The notes below the pieces were generated by a model. The model saw nothing but the letters and a program-made list of their open reading frames with translations. It was not told the DNA's origin and did not search any database. Both the position numbers and the translations under genes were made by a program. From the IMG/VR virus record IMGVR_UViG_3300029258_002856: a stretch of 64,000 nucleotides of DNA; one strand, given 5' to 3'. Below are positions 9,337-18,592 of this stretch, one piece after another (within the stretch, counting starts at the first letter, position 1; each line of letters starts with the position of its first letter). The DNA comes from a virus.

Positions 9337-9548
9337 TGCGCAAGCTCAACAAAACAACTATCGTCATCTGGTCTGACCCGGACCTCACCCATCCCGAAGA
9401 GTATGAACTCGAGGACCTCGCACGGGAAGCGGAATCTGGCCTCGCGTACTGCTCGAGCTGCACGACAGAAACTGTCTTGGACCCGGAGAAAGACCCGCAC
9501 TGGGACGGCACGGAGTTCTTCGATGACTTCGAGAGTGAGGAGGAATAA
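9333..9548 (+). CDS. acidic hypothetical protein
   Basis: GTGA coupling; phage-like composition. Confidence 0.75.
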   Translation: MMRKLNKTTIVIWSDPDLTHPEEYELEDLAREAESGLAYCSSCTTETVLDPEKDPHWDGTEFFDDFESEEE

Positions 9549-9551
9549 CCC

Positions 9552-9965
9552 ATGGTCCAATGTGTCCAGAAATATGTGTGCCCTGCTTGCGGGGAGCTGC
9601 ACGACGACGATGAGGAAGCGTTTTCGTGCTGTACTGACCCGGAGGAGTTGTCCCCGAGGGCGTGGTTGAAGGAGTTCCTGACGGCGGTGAACACGCAAGA
9701 CAACCGTGCGACGGCTACGCCGTACTACTATGACTTACGCTTCAACTACCAGGAGTCGGGACACCAAGACCATTACTGCCCGGTACCGCACCACGGAACC
9801 ATCTTCTTCACTGAGGAAGCGGCCAACGCGTACATCAAGGCCAACCAGCACAACCTCCCGAAAGGGACTTACGCCTATCTGAACTGGGGCGGTCGCAATC
9901 CGGAGTTGCAGAAGCTGTTGGAGTCCATCGGGCTCGTGGTGGGGGTGCCCTACGAGAGGAAGTGA
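9552..9965 (+). CDS. hypothetical protein with N-terminal CPAC zinc ribbon
   Basis: SD GGAGG; CPAC...CC. Confidence 0.75.
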   Translation: MVQCVQKYVCPACGELHDDDEEAFSCCTDPEELSPRAWLKEFLTAVNTQDNRATATPYYYDLRFNYQESGHQDHYCPVPHHGTIFFTEEAANAYIKANQHNLPKGTYAYLNWGGRNPELQKLLESIGLVVGVPYERK

Positions 9966-10189
9966 TGCCCAACTCTAGAAAGCAGAGAAAAAAGGCTGCG
10001 TGGAGCGGATGGCTGGCAGCAGTAAATTCAACAAGTAATGGCCCCCCTCTTTCTGGAGTAGAGGACAACGAGCTACGTCACATTGTTCGGAAGTTTTACA
10101 AGGCGGGACTCGCTGCGGTGAAGAAACACCACCGGATGATTAGGTGTTACGAAGACGTGAGGGATGAGGAGGGAGCAGGGAACAGATGA
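9962..10189 (+). CDS. hypothetical protein
   Basis: Coupled ORF. Confidence 0.65.
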   Translation: MMPNSRKQRKKAAWSGWLAAVNSTSNGPPLSGVEDNELRHIVRKFYKAGLAAVKKHHRMIRCYEDVRDEEGAGNR

Positions 10190-10419
10190 GTGAGAATGAG
10201 AATTGCATTTTCTTCCACATTCCCGACTACGAGGACGGGAAGGAGCCGCTTGTACAGCTCGGGCCAAAAGATGAGATTTACGTGCGCGGTAAATTAATCG
10301 AGCACGACGAGGAACTCGTCGAAGGTCTACGTGCTTTTCTCCAGGGTGTCATCGACGAACGTCTGGAGCGCTACGCCAAGTTCGTTATCATGACCTCGAA
10401 GAACCCGGTGAAGGCGTGA
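10186..10419 (+). CDS. hypothetical protein
   Basis: ATGA coupling. Confidence 0.75.
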   Translation: MSENENCIFFHIPDYEDGKEPLVQLGPKDEIYVRGKLIEHDEELVEGLRAFLQGVIDERLERYAKFVIMTSKNPVKA

Positions 10420-10664
10420 AAAAGAAAGCCACGGAGTTCCTCTACCCCTTCCACATGCTTTGCCCGTTCTGCGGTGAGCACTGTGACCGGACGGCCAGTC
10501 TCACCTGGTGCTCAGGATGCTATGTCGAGTGGTATAAGAGCCGAAACGGAGACTTCGTGTTTGACACAAAGCGCAAGACTGAGCGCTTCGCTTTTGCCAA
10601 GGCACTGTGCAAGAGCGGCGGTGCGAAGATAGGAGGAACAGATGAAGAGACAAATCGCAGTTGA
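10416..10664 (+). CDS. zinc-ribbon protein
   Basis: CPFC...CSGC; GTGA coupling. Confidence 0.75.
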   Translation: MKKKATEFLYPFHMLCPFCGEHCDRTASLTWCSGCYVEWYKSRNGDFVFDTKRKTERFAFAKALCKSGGAKIGGTDEETNRS

Positions 10665-10878
10665 AGACCCCTTTCAGGAGACGACTCTCGTATGTGATTC
10701 TTGCGTGCAGGAGCACCAGTACTCGACGGACCCTCGGGAGGAGTTGGCAGTAGGCCCGGGACCACTCTCACAGTTTGCATTTTGTTCAAGCTGCCACCAA
10801 CACTTGCCGCCGGGAACGCGGGTGCATTGGGTTCCTACTAGCGAGGTGGACAGATGTTCGCGTTTGCAGGGTTCGTAG
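10642..10878 (+). CDS. zinc-finger-like protein
   Basis: CDSC...CSSC; SD AGGAGG. Confidence 0.7.
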   Translation: MKRQIAVEDPFQETTLVCDSCVQEHQYSTDPREELAVGPGPLSQFAFCSSCHQHLPPGTRVHWVPTSEVDRCSRLQGS

Positions 10879-11126
10879 AGGTAGAGGCGCGGGACGCTTA
10901 CGACTTCAACGCGGTCTTGGAGCCGAGATTGATAGCGGTAGCTGAGGTACGAGAGGTTGTTCATATTCCGGACTATATTGTTTCTCCTCCGCGTACCGCG
11001 GCTCCCAATGATTGTTGGGTGGATACGGCTATGGGGCGTCTCTATGTAGCGGAGACTTACGCGGATATGTGTCGGCTGTTGACCGAGACTGCGCGCAAAA
11101 CTTTACTGGGAGGAACGGATGAGTGA
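10854..11126 (+). CDS. hypothetical protein
   Basis: Coupled ORF with GAGG SD. Confidence 0.65.
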   Translation: MFAFAGFVEVEARDAYDFNAVLEPRLIAVAEVREVVHIPDYIVSPPRTAAPNDCWVDTAMGRLYVAETYADMCRLLTETARKTLLGGTDE

Positions 11127-11346
11127 CGAAAGCAAAGACCTCCTTGCGCGTCTCGACCAGATGCTCAAGGACTCCAAGGCCATGAAACCGGCCGACCGGT
11201 ACGGGATGAAGCGGCACGGGACTCTGCGGGTTCTGCTCCGAGACCTGGGCTCGTACAAGAACGTCATCCTGGACCAGCTCGTGACCGTTCGCCAGATGGA
11301 GCGCGCACTTGACGGCGAAATCAAACTCGTGGAGAGGATGCGATGA
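11119..11346 (+). CDS. hypothetical protein
   Basis: SD GGAGG; coupled. Confidence 0.75.
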   Translation: MSDESKDLLARLDQMLKDSKAMKPADRYGMKRHGTLRVLLRDLGSYKNVILDQLVTVRQMERALDGEIKLVERMR

Positions 11347-11594
11347 AACTCAGAGTCAATTTGGGGGCGCTTACGCGCATGGAGCACACGAGCATCATTG
11401 AGGTTCCTGATAACGTGCCCGAAGAACGCTGGTCCGAGATAGCTCGAGTGATGTACGAGCACACGGAGGCCGAGGACTTCACCGAGGATACGGAGTTCTG
11501 GGAGCGGGGCGAGTGTTGGTGTGAGAAAGTGGACGACGCCACGGAGACGACTTCGAATTACCCTCATCCCGAGGATTGGGAAGAGGAAACCTAA
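11343..11594 (+). CDS. acidic hypothetical protein
   Basis: ATGA coupling. Confidence 0.75.
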   Translation: MKLRVNLGALTRMEHTSIIEVPDNVPEERWSEIARVMYEHTEAEDFTEDTEFWERGECWCEKVDDATETTSNYPHPEDWEEET

Positions 11595-11596
11595 AT

Positions 11597-12352
11597 TTAG
11601 CCGCGCCCCATGAAGCGGTCCAACGCGGGGTTGGTCATACCGGACATCATTTCTGCGGGGTTAGAGCTGAAAATACCCTGTCCGGGCTGCATGGGTTGTC
11701 GGGGACCTACTGGACCTGTGGCTTGTCCCATCACCCGAGGTCCTGGTGTTCTTGAGGGGATGCCGCGCATGGGGTTTGTGACCCCCCGCATGATGTCTGC
11801 TGGGTTAGAGCCCCCGAGGCCGGGACCCATGGGCATTGCGGTGCCCCCCACTCCCCGCGCAACTGTTTTAGCCCCCCGACCGACCCCCCGAACTGCGGTG
11901 CTCACGGGTTTTTGTAGTTTGGTCGCCATCCGGGCAAGAAACCCGGCGCTCACGCCGATTTTGCGGAGGTGCCCTTCGGAGTCCGCGGCTGCAACTTTAC
12001 GGAGTACAGCATTAGCGATTTCTTCGGCGGTCTTCTTCATGGTTATTGTTCCTCGACGTTTCCCGCTGGCGTAGGCCAGGGTGGCGGCTTGTAGCTCGGG
12101 GGTTAGTTGTTGTGGGGATGGCCGTCCGGTTGGTGTAGGAATTTGTGGAGTAGCGGAAGGAGCTTTAAACGCCTCTATCGCCCCCCGCATTCCGTACACT
12201 CCCTTTCCCCCCGGTTGCATTTGCTCTCGGAAAAGTTTCTGTTGGGCGTTTTGTGCGTAAGTCGCGGCGGATTGGGGGTCCCATCCTGCATCTCGGTACT
12301 TCTGTACCAAGGCGCGGCGGTTGGCAGCAGAACCAGAATCTAAACGTACCAT
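11597..12352 (-). CDS. Gly/Pro/Met-rich putative virion-internal protein carrying the KTAEEIANAVLRKVA motif
   Basis: Lone - strand ORF; start uncertain (12352, or SD-preceded ATG at 12040); internal NPA-x-MM-x-G-x-TNP repeat. Confidence 0.65.
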   Translation of the reverse strand: MVRLDSGSAANRRALVQKYRDAGWDPQSAATYAQNAQQKLFREQMQPGGKGVYGMRGAIEAFKAPSATPQIPTPTGRPSPQQLTPELQAATLAYASGKRRGTITMKKTAEEIANAVLRKVAAADSEGHLRKIGVSAGFLARMATKLQKPVSTAVRGVGRGAKTVARGVGGTAMPMGPGLGGSNPADIMRGVTNPMRGIPSRTPGPRVMGQATGPVGPRQPMQPGQGIFSSNPAEMMSGMTNPALDRFMGRG

Positions 12353-12379
12353 GTGGTAAATATAGGAGAAGATTTTACA

Positions 12380-12604
12380 ATGCACAAACTAGTTTTACAT
12401 GCTTACTGCGGCATGCCGGTCTACCTTCACGAAGGCAGTGAAGAAGAGTGCCGGGACGCCGCGGCGAGGCAAATCCAGCGGCACCGTAAATCCGAGCGCG
12501 GTGTGGCCATCCTCGAGCCCGGGAAAGAGTGGGAGATGCTCGAAGCAGAGGATGGCTTCATGGTGGCCGACGACGAAGGAGTCATGCGGCTCAAGGAGGT
12601 GTAG
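12380..12604 (+). CDS. hypothetical protein
   Basis: SD AGGAG before ATG 12380. Confidence 0.7.
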   Translation: MHKLVLHAYCGMPVYLHEGSEEECRDAAARQIQRHRKSERGVAILEPGKEWEMLEAEDGFMVADDEGVMRLKEV

Positions 12605-12605
12605 T

Positions 12606-12914
12606 ATGGCTATTCGGCTGCGAGTCGTAGACGGACACTTAGTGGCGCTGTGCGCGGCTGCAACGAAGGAACAGCTAGGTGACCGGTATCTGGACGATAC
12701 GGTGCATCATGCCTTGGCCACGAAGTTTGCGTTGGATTTCGAGTCCGAAGGGCTCTGTGCTGATTGTGCAGCCGACCCGGTGTTGGCGGAGATTACTCGA
12801 CGGGAAGAGGCTCGAGAGGCCGGGTACTGTCCCAATTGTAACCGCAGGATGGGAGCAGAGCCCCTCCCGACTGTTTGCGATTGCGGCTGGTCGGGAGGAC
12901 CTGAAGATGCCTGA
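12606..12914 (+). CDS. zinc-ribbon protein
   Basis: CADC, CPNC, CDC motifs. Confidence 0.7.
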   Translation: MAIRLRVVDGHLVALCAAATKEQLGDRYLDDTVHHALATKFALDFESEGLCADCAADPVLAEITRREEAREAGYCPNCNRRMGAEPLPTVCDCGWSGGPEDA

Positions 12915-13215
12915 CGATACTGGACGCCGAAAAACCCTCCCCCTCCTCGACCAAACGGACCAACGCATCGATATTCTCTGTCGCACCAATGAGGACTGGT
13001 ATCCCAACTGGCCCGGGGCTACGGTGCGAGTCACGCTCTTCCACCGGGGCACAACGAACAAAGGTCACGGCGTTTTCGTTTGGGGCATGGATGACACCGG
13101 CATGGAGTTCTTCACTGACGACTTCGCCAAAGCGGCCGGGAAATTCAGGCTCATTCTGGGCTGGGACTATGTGACCCGGAAGCAGCTGGAGAAGATAGGG
13201 TTCAGGAGGGCCTGA
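12907..13215 (+). CDS. hypothetical protein
   Basis: SD GGAGG before ATG 12907. Confidence 0.75.
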   Translation: MPDDTGRRKTLPLLDQTDQRIDILCRTNEDWYPNWPGATVRVTLFHRGTTNKGHGVFVWGMDDTGMEFFTDDFAKAAGKFRLILGWDYVTRKQLEKIGFRRA

Positions 13216-13550
13216 TGACCCATCATACCTTTTTCGCTGCGGTGCGCGGGTACCTCGAAGAGAAGGGGATGGAGCTGGGGTCGAGTTATTACCTGGGTGG
13301 CGGCACTGGAGGAGTTATCAAGCTCCAGGCTGTACAGAAGGCCATCTTCTACGAACTCTTGTTACCCGAAGTCACTCGCCTTGCTTGGAAATACCGCCAG
13401 ATGTTCCGCTACGTGTGGGTGGGCGTGCCGCGGGTGCTGAACATGGAATCGGACGCTTACGCCAATATGGAGCTGCATTTCGGGAATAGTTACCCGGGAG
13501 GCATTGATATCCACGAGGTGAGCGAAGTAGTCCGAAAGGAGGACCTGTAA
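13215..13550 (+). CDS. hypothetical protein, EKG paralog family
   Basis: YLEEKG motif; TGATG coupling. Confidence 0.8.
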   Translation: MTHHTFFAAVRGYLEEKGMELGSSYYLGGGTGGVIKLQAVQKAIFYELLLPEVTRLAWKYRQMFRYVWVGVPRVLNMESDAYANMELHFGNSYPGGIDIHEVSEVVRKEDL

Positions 13551-13873
13551 TGCGAAGCAATGTCATAGGGTATCTGCTTGCTGTTTTTCTGGGAGCGAGC
13601 TGCATGGTACTAATCCTGTGGTACCCTCGCACGGTGAAGCAACCGCCGGTTTGCCCCGCACCTGACTGGCAGCTCTCTTGTGAAGAAGAAATCGACAACT
13701 ACGTCAGCACGGGGGAGGACACTCACTGTCTCGGAGCGCTTACTGACATGTACGAGTGGGTTGATGAGCTCGACGATGAAGGCAAGAAATGGCACGACGC
13801 ATTCCGGCGTTGTGAACGGGAACTCCGCGTGTGCAAAGTAGCTGTTGAACTGAAAGTAAAGGATGGACGATGA
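13550..13873 (+). CDS. membrane-anchored hypothetical protein
   Basis: N-terminal hydrophobic helix; TAATG coupling. Confidence 0.7.
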   Translation: MRSNVIGYLLAVFLGASCMVLILWYPRTVKQPPVCPAPDWQLSCEEEIDNYVSTGEDTHCLGALTDMYEWVDELDDEGKKWHDAFRRCERELRVCKVAVELKVKDGR

Positions 13874-14109
13874 GAACCGCAATTGTTCCTTCGACAGTTC
13901 TCGGTAATGACTGGCGCGCAGAGACGCATTGCCCTGTCGCCGAGGGTGACCTTCAAGCTGCTCGACGTGCGGGATGGAACTCCGGTGCGCTGGGTACTCA
14001 GGTACCCCGCAGCAAGTACGCTACGCACGGTCGGCGTGAGATACGAGAGGCGTTCGGAGAAGCTTTCGTGGCCGGAATGCGAGCGCGTAACAAGTTCTTC
14101 AAGGAGTGA
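13870..14109 (+). CDS. hypothetical protein
   Basis: ATGA coupling. Confidence 0.7.
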   Translation: MRTAIVPSTVLGNDWRAETHCPVAEGDLQAARRAGWNSGALGTQVPRSKYATHGRREIREAFGEAFVAGMRARNKFFKE

Positions 14110-14112
14110 GCG

Positions 14113-14466
14113 ATGGGATTCTTCCACGGTAATGTCCCAGAAAAGCCGATTGACTTCGAAAAAGTGAATTGGCTCCCTGCCCGGTGTGTTCAGCGGCATG
14201 GGTATCCGTCGCCCGCACAAGAGGGGGATTGTTTTCTCGACAAGACTACCCAGCGGGTGCACGCATTTGACGGTCGACGTTGGATTGAGTTTCAAACTAG
14301 TCATCATGGGGCGCAGAGACGTATCGGCGAGCCAGTGACTAGCGGACGTGCCCACATGTTGGGAGCGATGACTACTGCGGATTTCTGGTTCGAGATGGAT
14401 GGGGAAGCCCCGGAATTTGTGACCCAGGTATATAACGCTCTTCGGCACGTGGTTCGGTCGCGGTAG
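14113..14466 (+). CDS. hypothetical protein
   Basis: SD AAGGAG; ends before terminator. Confidence 0.75.
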   Translation: MGFFHGNVPEKPIDFEKVNWLPARCVQRHGYPSPAQEGDCFLDKTTQRVHAFDGRRWIEFQTSHHGAQRRIGEPVTSGRAHMLGAMTTADFWFEMDGEAPEFVTQVYNALRHVVRSR

Positions 14467-14476
14467 TTTACCACGT

Positions 14477-14513
14477 AAAGAGAACTGCAATGCGCAAGTA
14501 GTTCTCTTTTTTT
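14477..14513 (+). terminator. intrinsic terminator
   Basis: AAAGAGAACTGC/GTAGTTCTCTTT stem plus T-tract; homologous to 18849 copy. Confidence 0.8.
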
Positions 14514-14515
14514 GT

Positions 14516-14524
14516 TGGTACAAG
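14516..14524 (+). promoter_or_regulatory. TGGTACAAG putative promoter element
   Basis: Follows terminator, precedes AAGGAGG and ATG 14548. Confidence 0.5.
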
Positions 14525-14547
14525 AATCGGCAAGAAAGGAGGAGTGC

Positions 14548-14817
14548 ATGCTTTCTACAAGAGGACAGAGAATACGAGAAGGTCACTTCATTCTCGGTGT
14601 TGTCTGTGCGCTGGGGTTCTCTATGGGATTCCAGGACTGGTACGGTCTCGAGGGTTACCTCGAGTACGTACAGACACATTGGACGGAGTTGCCCTGGTGG
14701 CTTGGTGCGTTGGTAGCTACGACGTGCTATCTCACAAATCGTTGGCTCGTTTACAGACAAGGACGCGACGACCGAAGACGGGAGAAAGCACATGCCGAGA
14801 ATTACCCGGTCCATTAA
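14548..14817 (+). CDS. small membrane protein
   Basis: Strong SD; two hydrophobic segments. Confidence 0.7.
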   Translation: MLSTRGQRIREGHFILGVVCALGFSMGFQDWYGLEGYLEYVQTHWTELPWWLGALVATTCYLTNRWLVYRQGRDDRRREKAHAENYPVH

Positions 14818-14907
14818 GCCGAGATGATGCGTCAGGGTGGTACCGTTAAGCAAAAGTTTTCTATCCCTCCGGCACCTAGCCCCATACGCCGTAAAAGAAA
14901 GTCAGCC

Positions 14908-15453
14908 ATGAAAACATATCTGAGTATCGACTTGGACTATTGGAATGAGCAGTCGCATGCGCGTGCGGTAGATGACCTTGATTATTTGATTGATGAGATT
15001 TGTGGGCGTGAGCTGCCGTTCAAGGTTGTCTTTGACCACGAGAAGTTATTATCACATCTTCGACAGTTTGATTTCCGGCGTCTCATTAACGTCGACTTTC
15101 ACTCAGACGTGGCGAACATTGACACGTGCAGCGAACTGCAACTGAATTGCGGCACGTGGGTCAACTTTGTTCCGCACTGCCGTTCCCGGGAGTATCTCTG
15201 GGTGCACCCGGGGAGTCTTGCTTTTGGGCGTTGCGATCAGCGCACAAATGTTCGGTTTCCGGACATCTACACCGGATGGGGAGACGTGGAAGAAACCAAC
15301 AAGGATTGGCGCAAGCTTCTCGATTGGAAAGACGTAGTAGCTGTGGGTATTTCGTTGAGTCCAGACTTCACCGCAGAGCAAGTGTTGGCAGACTTCATCG
15401 TGAAGTTGCATGCATACGGACGCTTCAAGTACGTGGTCGTGGACTCGCCGTAG
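14908..15453 (+). CDS. UPF0489-like (arginase/deacetylase-fold) protein
   Basis: LSIDLDYW, INVDFHSD, CGTWV, ISLSPDF motifs. Confidence 0.55.
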   Translation: MKTYLSIDLDYWNEQSHARAVDDLDYLIDEICGRELPFKVVFDHEKLLSHLRQFDFRRLINVDFHSDVANIDTCSELQLNCGTWVNFVPHCRSREYLWVHPGSLAFGRCDQRTNVRFPDIYTGWGDVEETNKDWRKLLDWKDVVAVGISLSPDFTAEQVLADFIVKLHAYGRFKYVVVDSP

Positions 15454-15462
15454 GAGGCCAGG

Positions 15463-15966
15463 ATGTCTAAACCAAAAGGGTGCGGGGGAGCCTGTTGCAA
15501 ACGCTTCATTCTTCCTTATTCTCCGGAACAACTCGAAGAACAGTACCGAGCATGGCTTGTTGGGTCTCGTAATGGCACCGGGTTTCCCGTTCTACAGAAG
15601 CGTGGAACTATCCCGGAGGACAAAGGGTTCGGGTTACCTCGCAACTATAACGAGGAACATATTGCGGTGGACCCTGAAATTTACCTCCTCTACCCGATGC
15701 TCGTGTACCTCGGAGAACATCATTTTGAGCCCTGCCGCCCGCGGAAGAGGACTAAAGCTAAGGCGCACCACTATACGTGTAAGCATTGGGACCAAAAGAC
15801 AAAGCTTTGTACTATCTACGAGCACCGCCCATTGATGTGTCGGCGTTTTCCTAATGGAGAAGCGTGCCCTTACCCGGGCTGCCAGTTGCCAGGGAATACG
15901 AAGAAGTTGAAGCAGCAACAGTCCCCATCTCGAGGGCTAATACAGGAGCGCAAATGCACATCATAG
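15463..15966 (+). CDS. YkgJ-family cysteine-cluster (Zn/Fe-S) protein
   Basis: CGGACCK...CKHWD..TKLCTIYEHRPLMCRRFP. Confidence 0.75.
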   Translation: MSKPKGCGGACCKRFILPYSPEQLEEQYRAWLVGSRNGTGFPVLQKRGTIPEDKGFGLPRNYNEEHIAVDPEIYLLYPMLVYLGEHHFEPCRPRKRTKAKAHHYTCKHWDQKTKLCTIYEHRPLMCRRFPNGEACPYPGCQLPGNTKKLKQQQSPSRGLIQERKCTS

Positions 15967-16181
15967 AAACGGTAAAAGACGGAGAGGTCGTGGCGATTCG
16001 TTTCGAGCTTTCGGGGGCCGAGTACCGGAACATCCTGGCGGAGGCGGTCAACAAGGGAAAGCTCACGGTGAAGCAGAAGGAAACCCTGGGTAAGATGGAC
16101 ATCCGGAAGGTCGTCTCTCACGGGAAGAAGAACGAGTTCCCGTCCAAGGTTGATGTGTTCATTGACTACAAGGAGGAGTGA
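15954..16181 (+). CDS. hypothetical protein
   Basis: SD AGGAG before ATG 15954. Confidence 0.7.
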   Translation: MHIIETVKDGEVVAIRFELSGAEYRNILAEAVNKGKLTVKQKETLGKMDIRKVVSHGKKNEFPSKVDVFIDYKEE

Positions 16182-16414
16182 TGGCGCTCAAGGACGCAAT
16201 CCGAACCGAGCTGGTCGAGAATTCCCTCATTACGCCGTATTGTGCAACGCAGGACCGGCACAACTACCCGTGCCCCATGCTGCTGGACGCCTGGCAGGGG
16301 ACAGACCGCGTGTTCAACTGTAGGCTTTTGGGGCCTCTGCGTACGGTAATCAAGGACAATAAGTATCACGCTGCGCGCCATCGGGCGTGCTTCGAGATTT
16401 GTGGGGAGAGATGA
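16181..16414 (+). CDS. hypothetical protein
   Basis: SD AGGAGGAG; coupled. Confidence 0.7.
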   Translation: MALKDAIRTELVENSLITPYCATQDRHNYPCPMLLDAWQGTDRVFNCRLLGPLRTVIKDNKYHAARHRACFEICGER

Positions 16415-16803
16415 AGTACCTACTCTGGTTACAACCTAAAATCAAAGACACTGGCGGCCAAGACCCTCCTCTCATCTGCGAGGAACACGAAGCTCCTACT
16501 GTCAAGAAAATCACGAAGAAGAATGCGGACCGTTTTGCTGCGCATCTGGTTTACGAAGAGAGTGATTTCCTCAAGCGAGCTCTTAACACGGGCCACTATA
16601 TCTTCTGCGGCAAATCCAAGGTGCTCAAGAGCATTCGTTGTCCGCACTGCAAGCTCAACCTGGTAAAGGAATTCCCGGACCTCTTTACCCGGATGGTTGA
16701 GGGGTTGGCACGTACCAAAGAGCCCATTATTGTCCGCTGCCGGAAGTGTGATGAGTTCTACACGGTCGCTAACGTCAAGGATGGATTCAAAATGGAGTGG
16801 TGA
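16411..16803 (+). CDS. zinc-ribbon protein
   Basis: CPHC...CRKC; ATGA coupling. Confidence 0.75.
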   Translation: MKYLLWLQPKIKDTGGQDPPLICEEHEAPTVKKITKKNADRFAAHLVYEESDFLKRALNTGHYIFCGKSKVLKSIRCPHCKLNLVKEFPDLFTRMVEGLARTKEPIIVRCRKCDEFYTVANVKDGFKMEW

Positions 16804-16804
16804 G

Positions 16805-17026
16805 ATGCGCGGCTTTTACGTGAGCCTCTCTGGCTGGCCCGGATGTGTTCATGAACTGCGTGATGGGGACTATCCGTTGTGCGGAGCCGGGGCCACAGCT
16901 AAACAGCCGGTCATCCGCACTGAGAATCCTGTCTCTTGCGGCAGTTGTCTGCGTTGCTTGAGTACGCAGGAACTCGAGGAAAATAGCCAGCGGCGGCGTA
17001 TTCGGCGTGGGCGGTATCCATACTGA
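16805..17026 (+). CDS. small Cys-rich hypothetical protein
   Basis: H...LCG...CGSC pattern. Confidence 0.65.
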   Translation: MRGFYVSLSGWPGCVHELRDGDYPLCGAGATAKQPVIRTENPVSCGSCLRCLSTQELEENSQRRRIRRGRYPY

Positions 17027-17040
17027 CAGGAGAAACAATC

Positions 17041-17265
17041 GTGAAGACCGCAATAACCGAGGAAGGTGTGCGCTTAGTGTTGGACAACGGCAATGTCATT
17101 ACTAGCGGGGGCCTCAACTTTCAAGCTGGAGCGGACGTGCATATACACGACCCGGACGGGAATGAGTTGGGGGTGTGGGACTGTGAGGAGTGGCGCGATG
17201 ACCCGGAATTAGTCATGGGGGCGATTTTACGCATGGCAGCAGGCGCTGAGCCGGAGGGAGTGTGA
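17041..17265 (+). CDS. hypothetical protein
   Basis: SD AGGAG, GTG start. Confidence 0.75.
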   Translation: MKTAITEEGVRLVLDNGNVITSGGLNFQAGADVHIHDPDGNELGVWDCEEWRDDPELVMGAILRMAAGAEPEGV

Positions 17266-17489
17266 TGGCAGAAGTAATTCCATTGCGTCCTGGGATTGAA
17301 AAGTATCGAGAAGAAAATCATGTTGAGTTCTACGCTTTCTGCCTCGGACAGAGTTCGAATTGCAAGTTCGCGGTCATGGAGAACGACAATGAGTGTGCTT
17401 ACGCACGAGAGCAGTTCTTGGCTAAGCCGCTCTGTGTCAATCGTTCAGCGCACATGGATGCGCTCAAGAAGATAGTGGAGGGCAAGTAA
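17262..17489 (+). CDS. hypothetical Cys-containing protein
   Basis: Coupled ORF. Confidence 0.7.
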   Translation: MMAEVIPLRPGIEKYREENHVEFYAFCLGQSSNCKFAVMENDNECAYAREQFLAKPLCVNRSAHMDALKKIVEGK

Positions 17490-17707
17490 TGGCCAAAGCG
17501 AAAACGAAAACCCTCAATGTTTACATGGAGGGAGAGGGTGGGAGGCCTCTGCTCAAGGAAGATATGATTGCTGTGATGGCGGAACTGCGCCGCTGCAAAC
17601 CAGTCTTGTCTCTCTGGATAGAAGAAGACCACCTCGTGGCGAATATCAAAGTAGCGGATGTGCTGGCTCCGTGGGTGCGTCAAGATGATGAGGAGGTACC
17701 CAAGTGA
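17489..17707 (+). CDS. hypothetical protein
   Basis: TAATG coupling. Confidence 0.7.
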   Translation: MAKAKTKTLNVYMEGEGGRPLLKEDMIAVMAELRRCKPVLSLWIEEDHLVANIKVADVLAPWVRQDDEEVPK

Positions 17708-18090
17708 CCAAGAAATTCATCGTCCAGGTACATGCCAACGCGGAGTACGCCCACGACTTCGCTCCTGAGTTTGCGAGCATCGAAGTCAGCGACGAGTTGG
17801 CCAAGAAGATTCGCAAGATGCAGACGGCGGTAAAGAAGCTCGGAGTGTACTGCATGGAGGACTTCGACTACACGCCGACGTTCCATCTTGTGGAGGAGTT
17901 TCCCGAAGATGGTGTGCCCAAGAGGGAAGAGCTATTGCCGTGGGATGGAAAAGCCGAAATCGAAACCTTGCGTGTCACTGACAAGGAGTTCCAGTGGACG
18001 GCTCAGGTGAAGCACACGTCCATCATGTTCGAGACGGAGCCCATCGACATCGAGGAGTTGCCGAATGACGTACATCGTAGTCGACGTTGA
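17704..18090 (+). CDS. hypothetical protein
   Basis: GTGA coupling. Confidence 0.75.
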   Translation: MTKKFIVQVHANAEYAHDFAPEFASIEVSDELAKKIRKMQTAVKKLGVYCMEDFDYTPTFHLVEEFPEDGVPKREELLPWDGKAEIETLRVTDKEFQWTAQVKHTSIMFETEPIDIEELPNDVHRSRR

Positions 18091-18592
18091 AGCTGACGGC
18101 CCTTGTCCGGGCATTTACTCCATGGTTTGCTTCGGCGCTGTCGTGGTGAAGCCATTGCTACAAGACACGTTCTACGGAGAGACTGCTCCGCTTCCCGATA
18201 GTGGTTGGGACCCGGCAGCTTTAGAGATTAGTGGAGTCACCCGCGGACAGCACGCTTCTTTTCAACCTCCGGATATCGCAATGCATGCGTTCGCTGCGTG
18301 GCTGGAGTCTGTTCGCAAGGGAAAACTCACATTTATTTCGGATAACCCTGCATTCGATTGGCAGTTTATTAACTACTATTTTTGGAGGTTTGTAGGTGCG
18401 AACCCTTTCGGCTTCTCGGCTCGTCGCATCGGTGACCTTTACTGCGGGATGAAGATGCACGCCGGGAAGAATAGCGAGTGGAAGAAGAAGCTCCGCAAGA
18501 CCGCGCACACTCACAACCCCGTCGATGATGCCATGGGCAACGCAGAAGCGTTGCTTGCCATGCAGAAGATGGGGCTGAATATCAAGTTCTGA
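18065..18592 (+). CDS. 3'-5' exoribonuclease, DEDDh (RNase AS/Rv2179c-like) family
   Basis: VVDVEADGP, SDNPAFDWQF, HTHNPVDDA motifs. Confidence 0.85.
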   Translation: MTYIVVDVEADGPCPGIYSMVCFGAVVVKPLLQDTFYGETAPLPDSGWDPAALEISGVTRGQHASFQPPDIAMHAFAAWLESVRKGKLTFISDNPAFDWQFINYYFWRFVGANPFGFSARRIGDLYCGMKMHAGKNSEWKKKLRKTAHTHNPVDDAMGNAEALLAMQKMGLNIKF

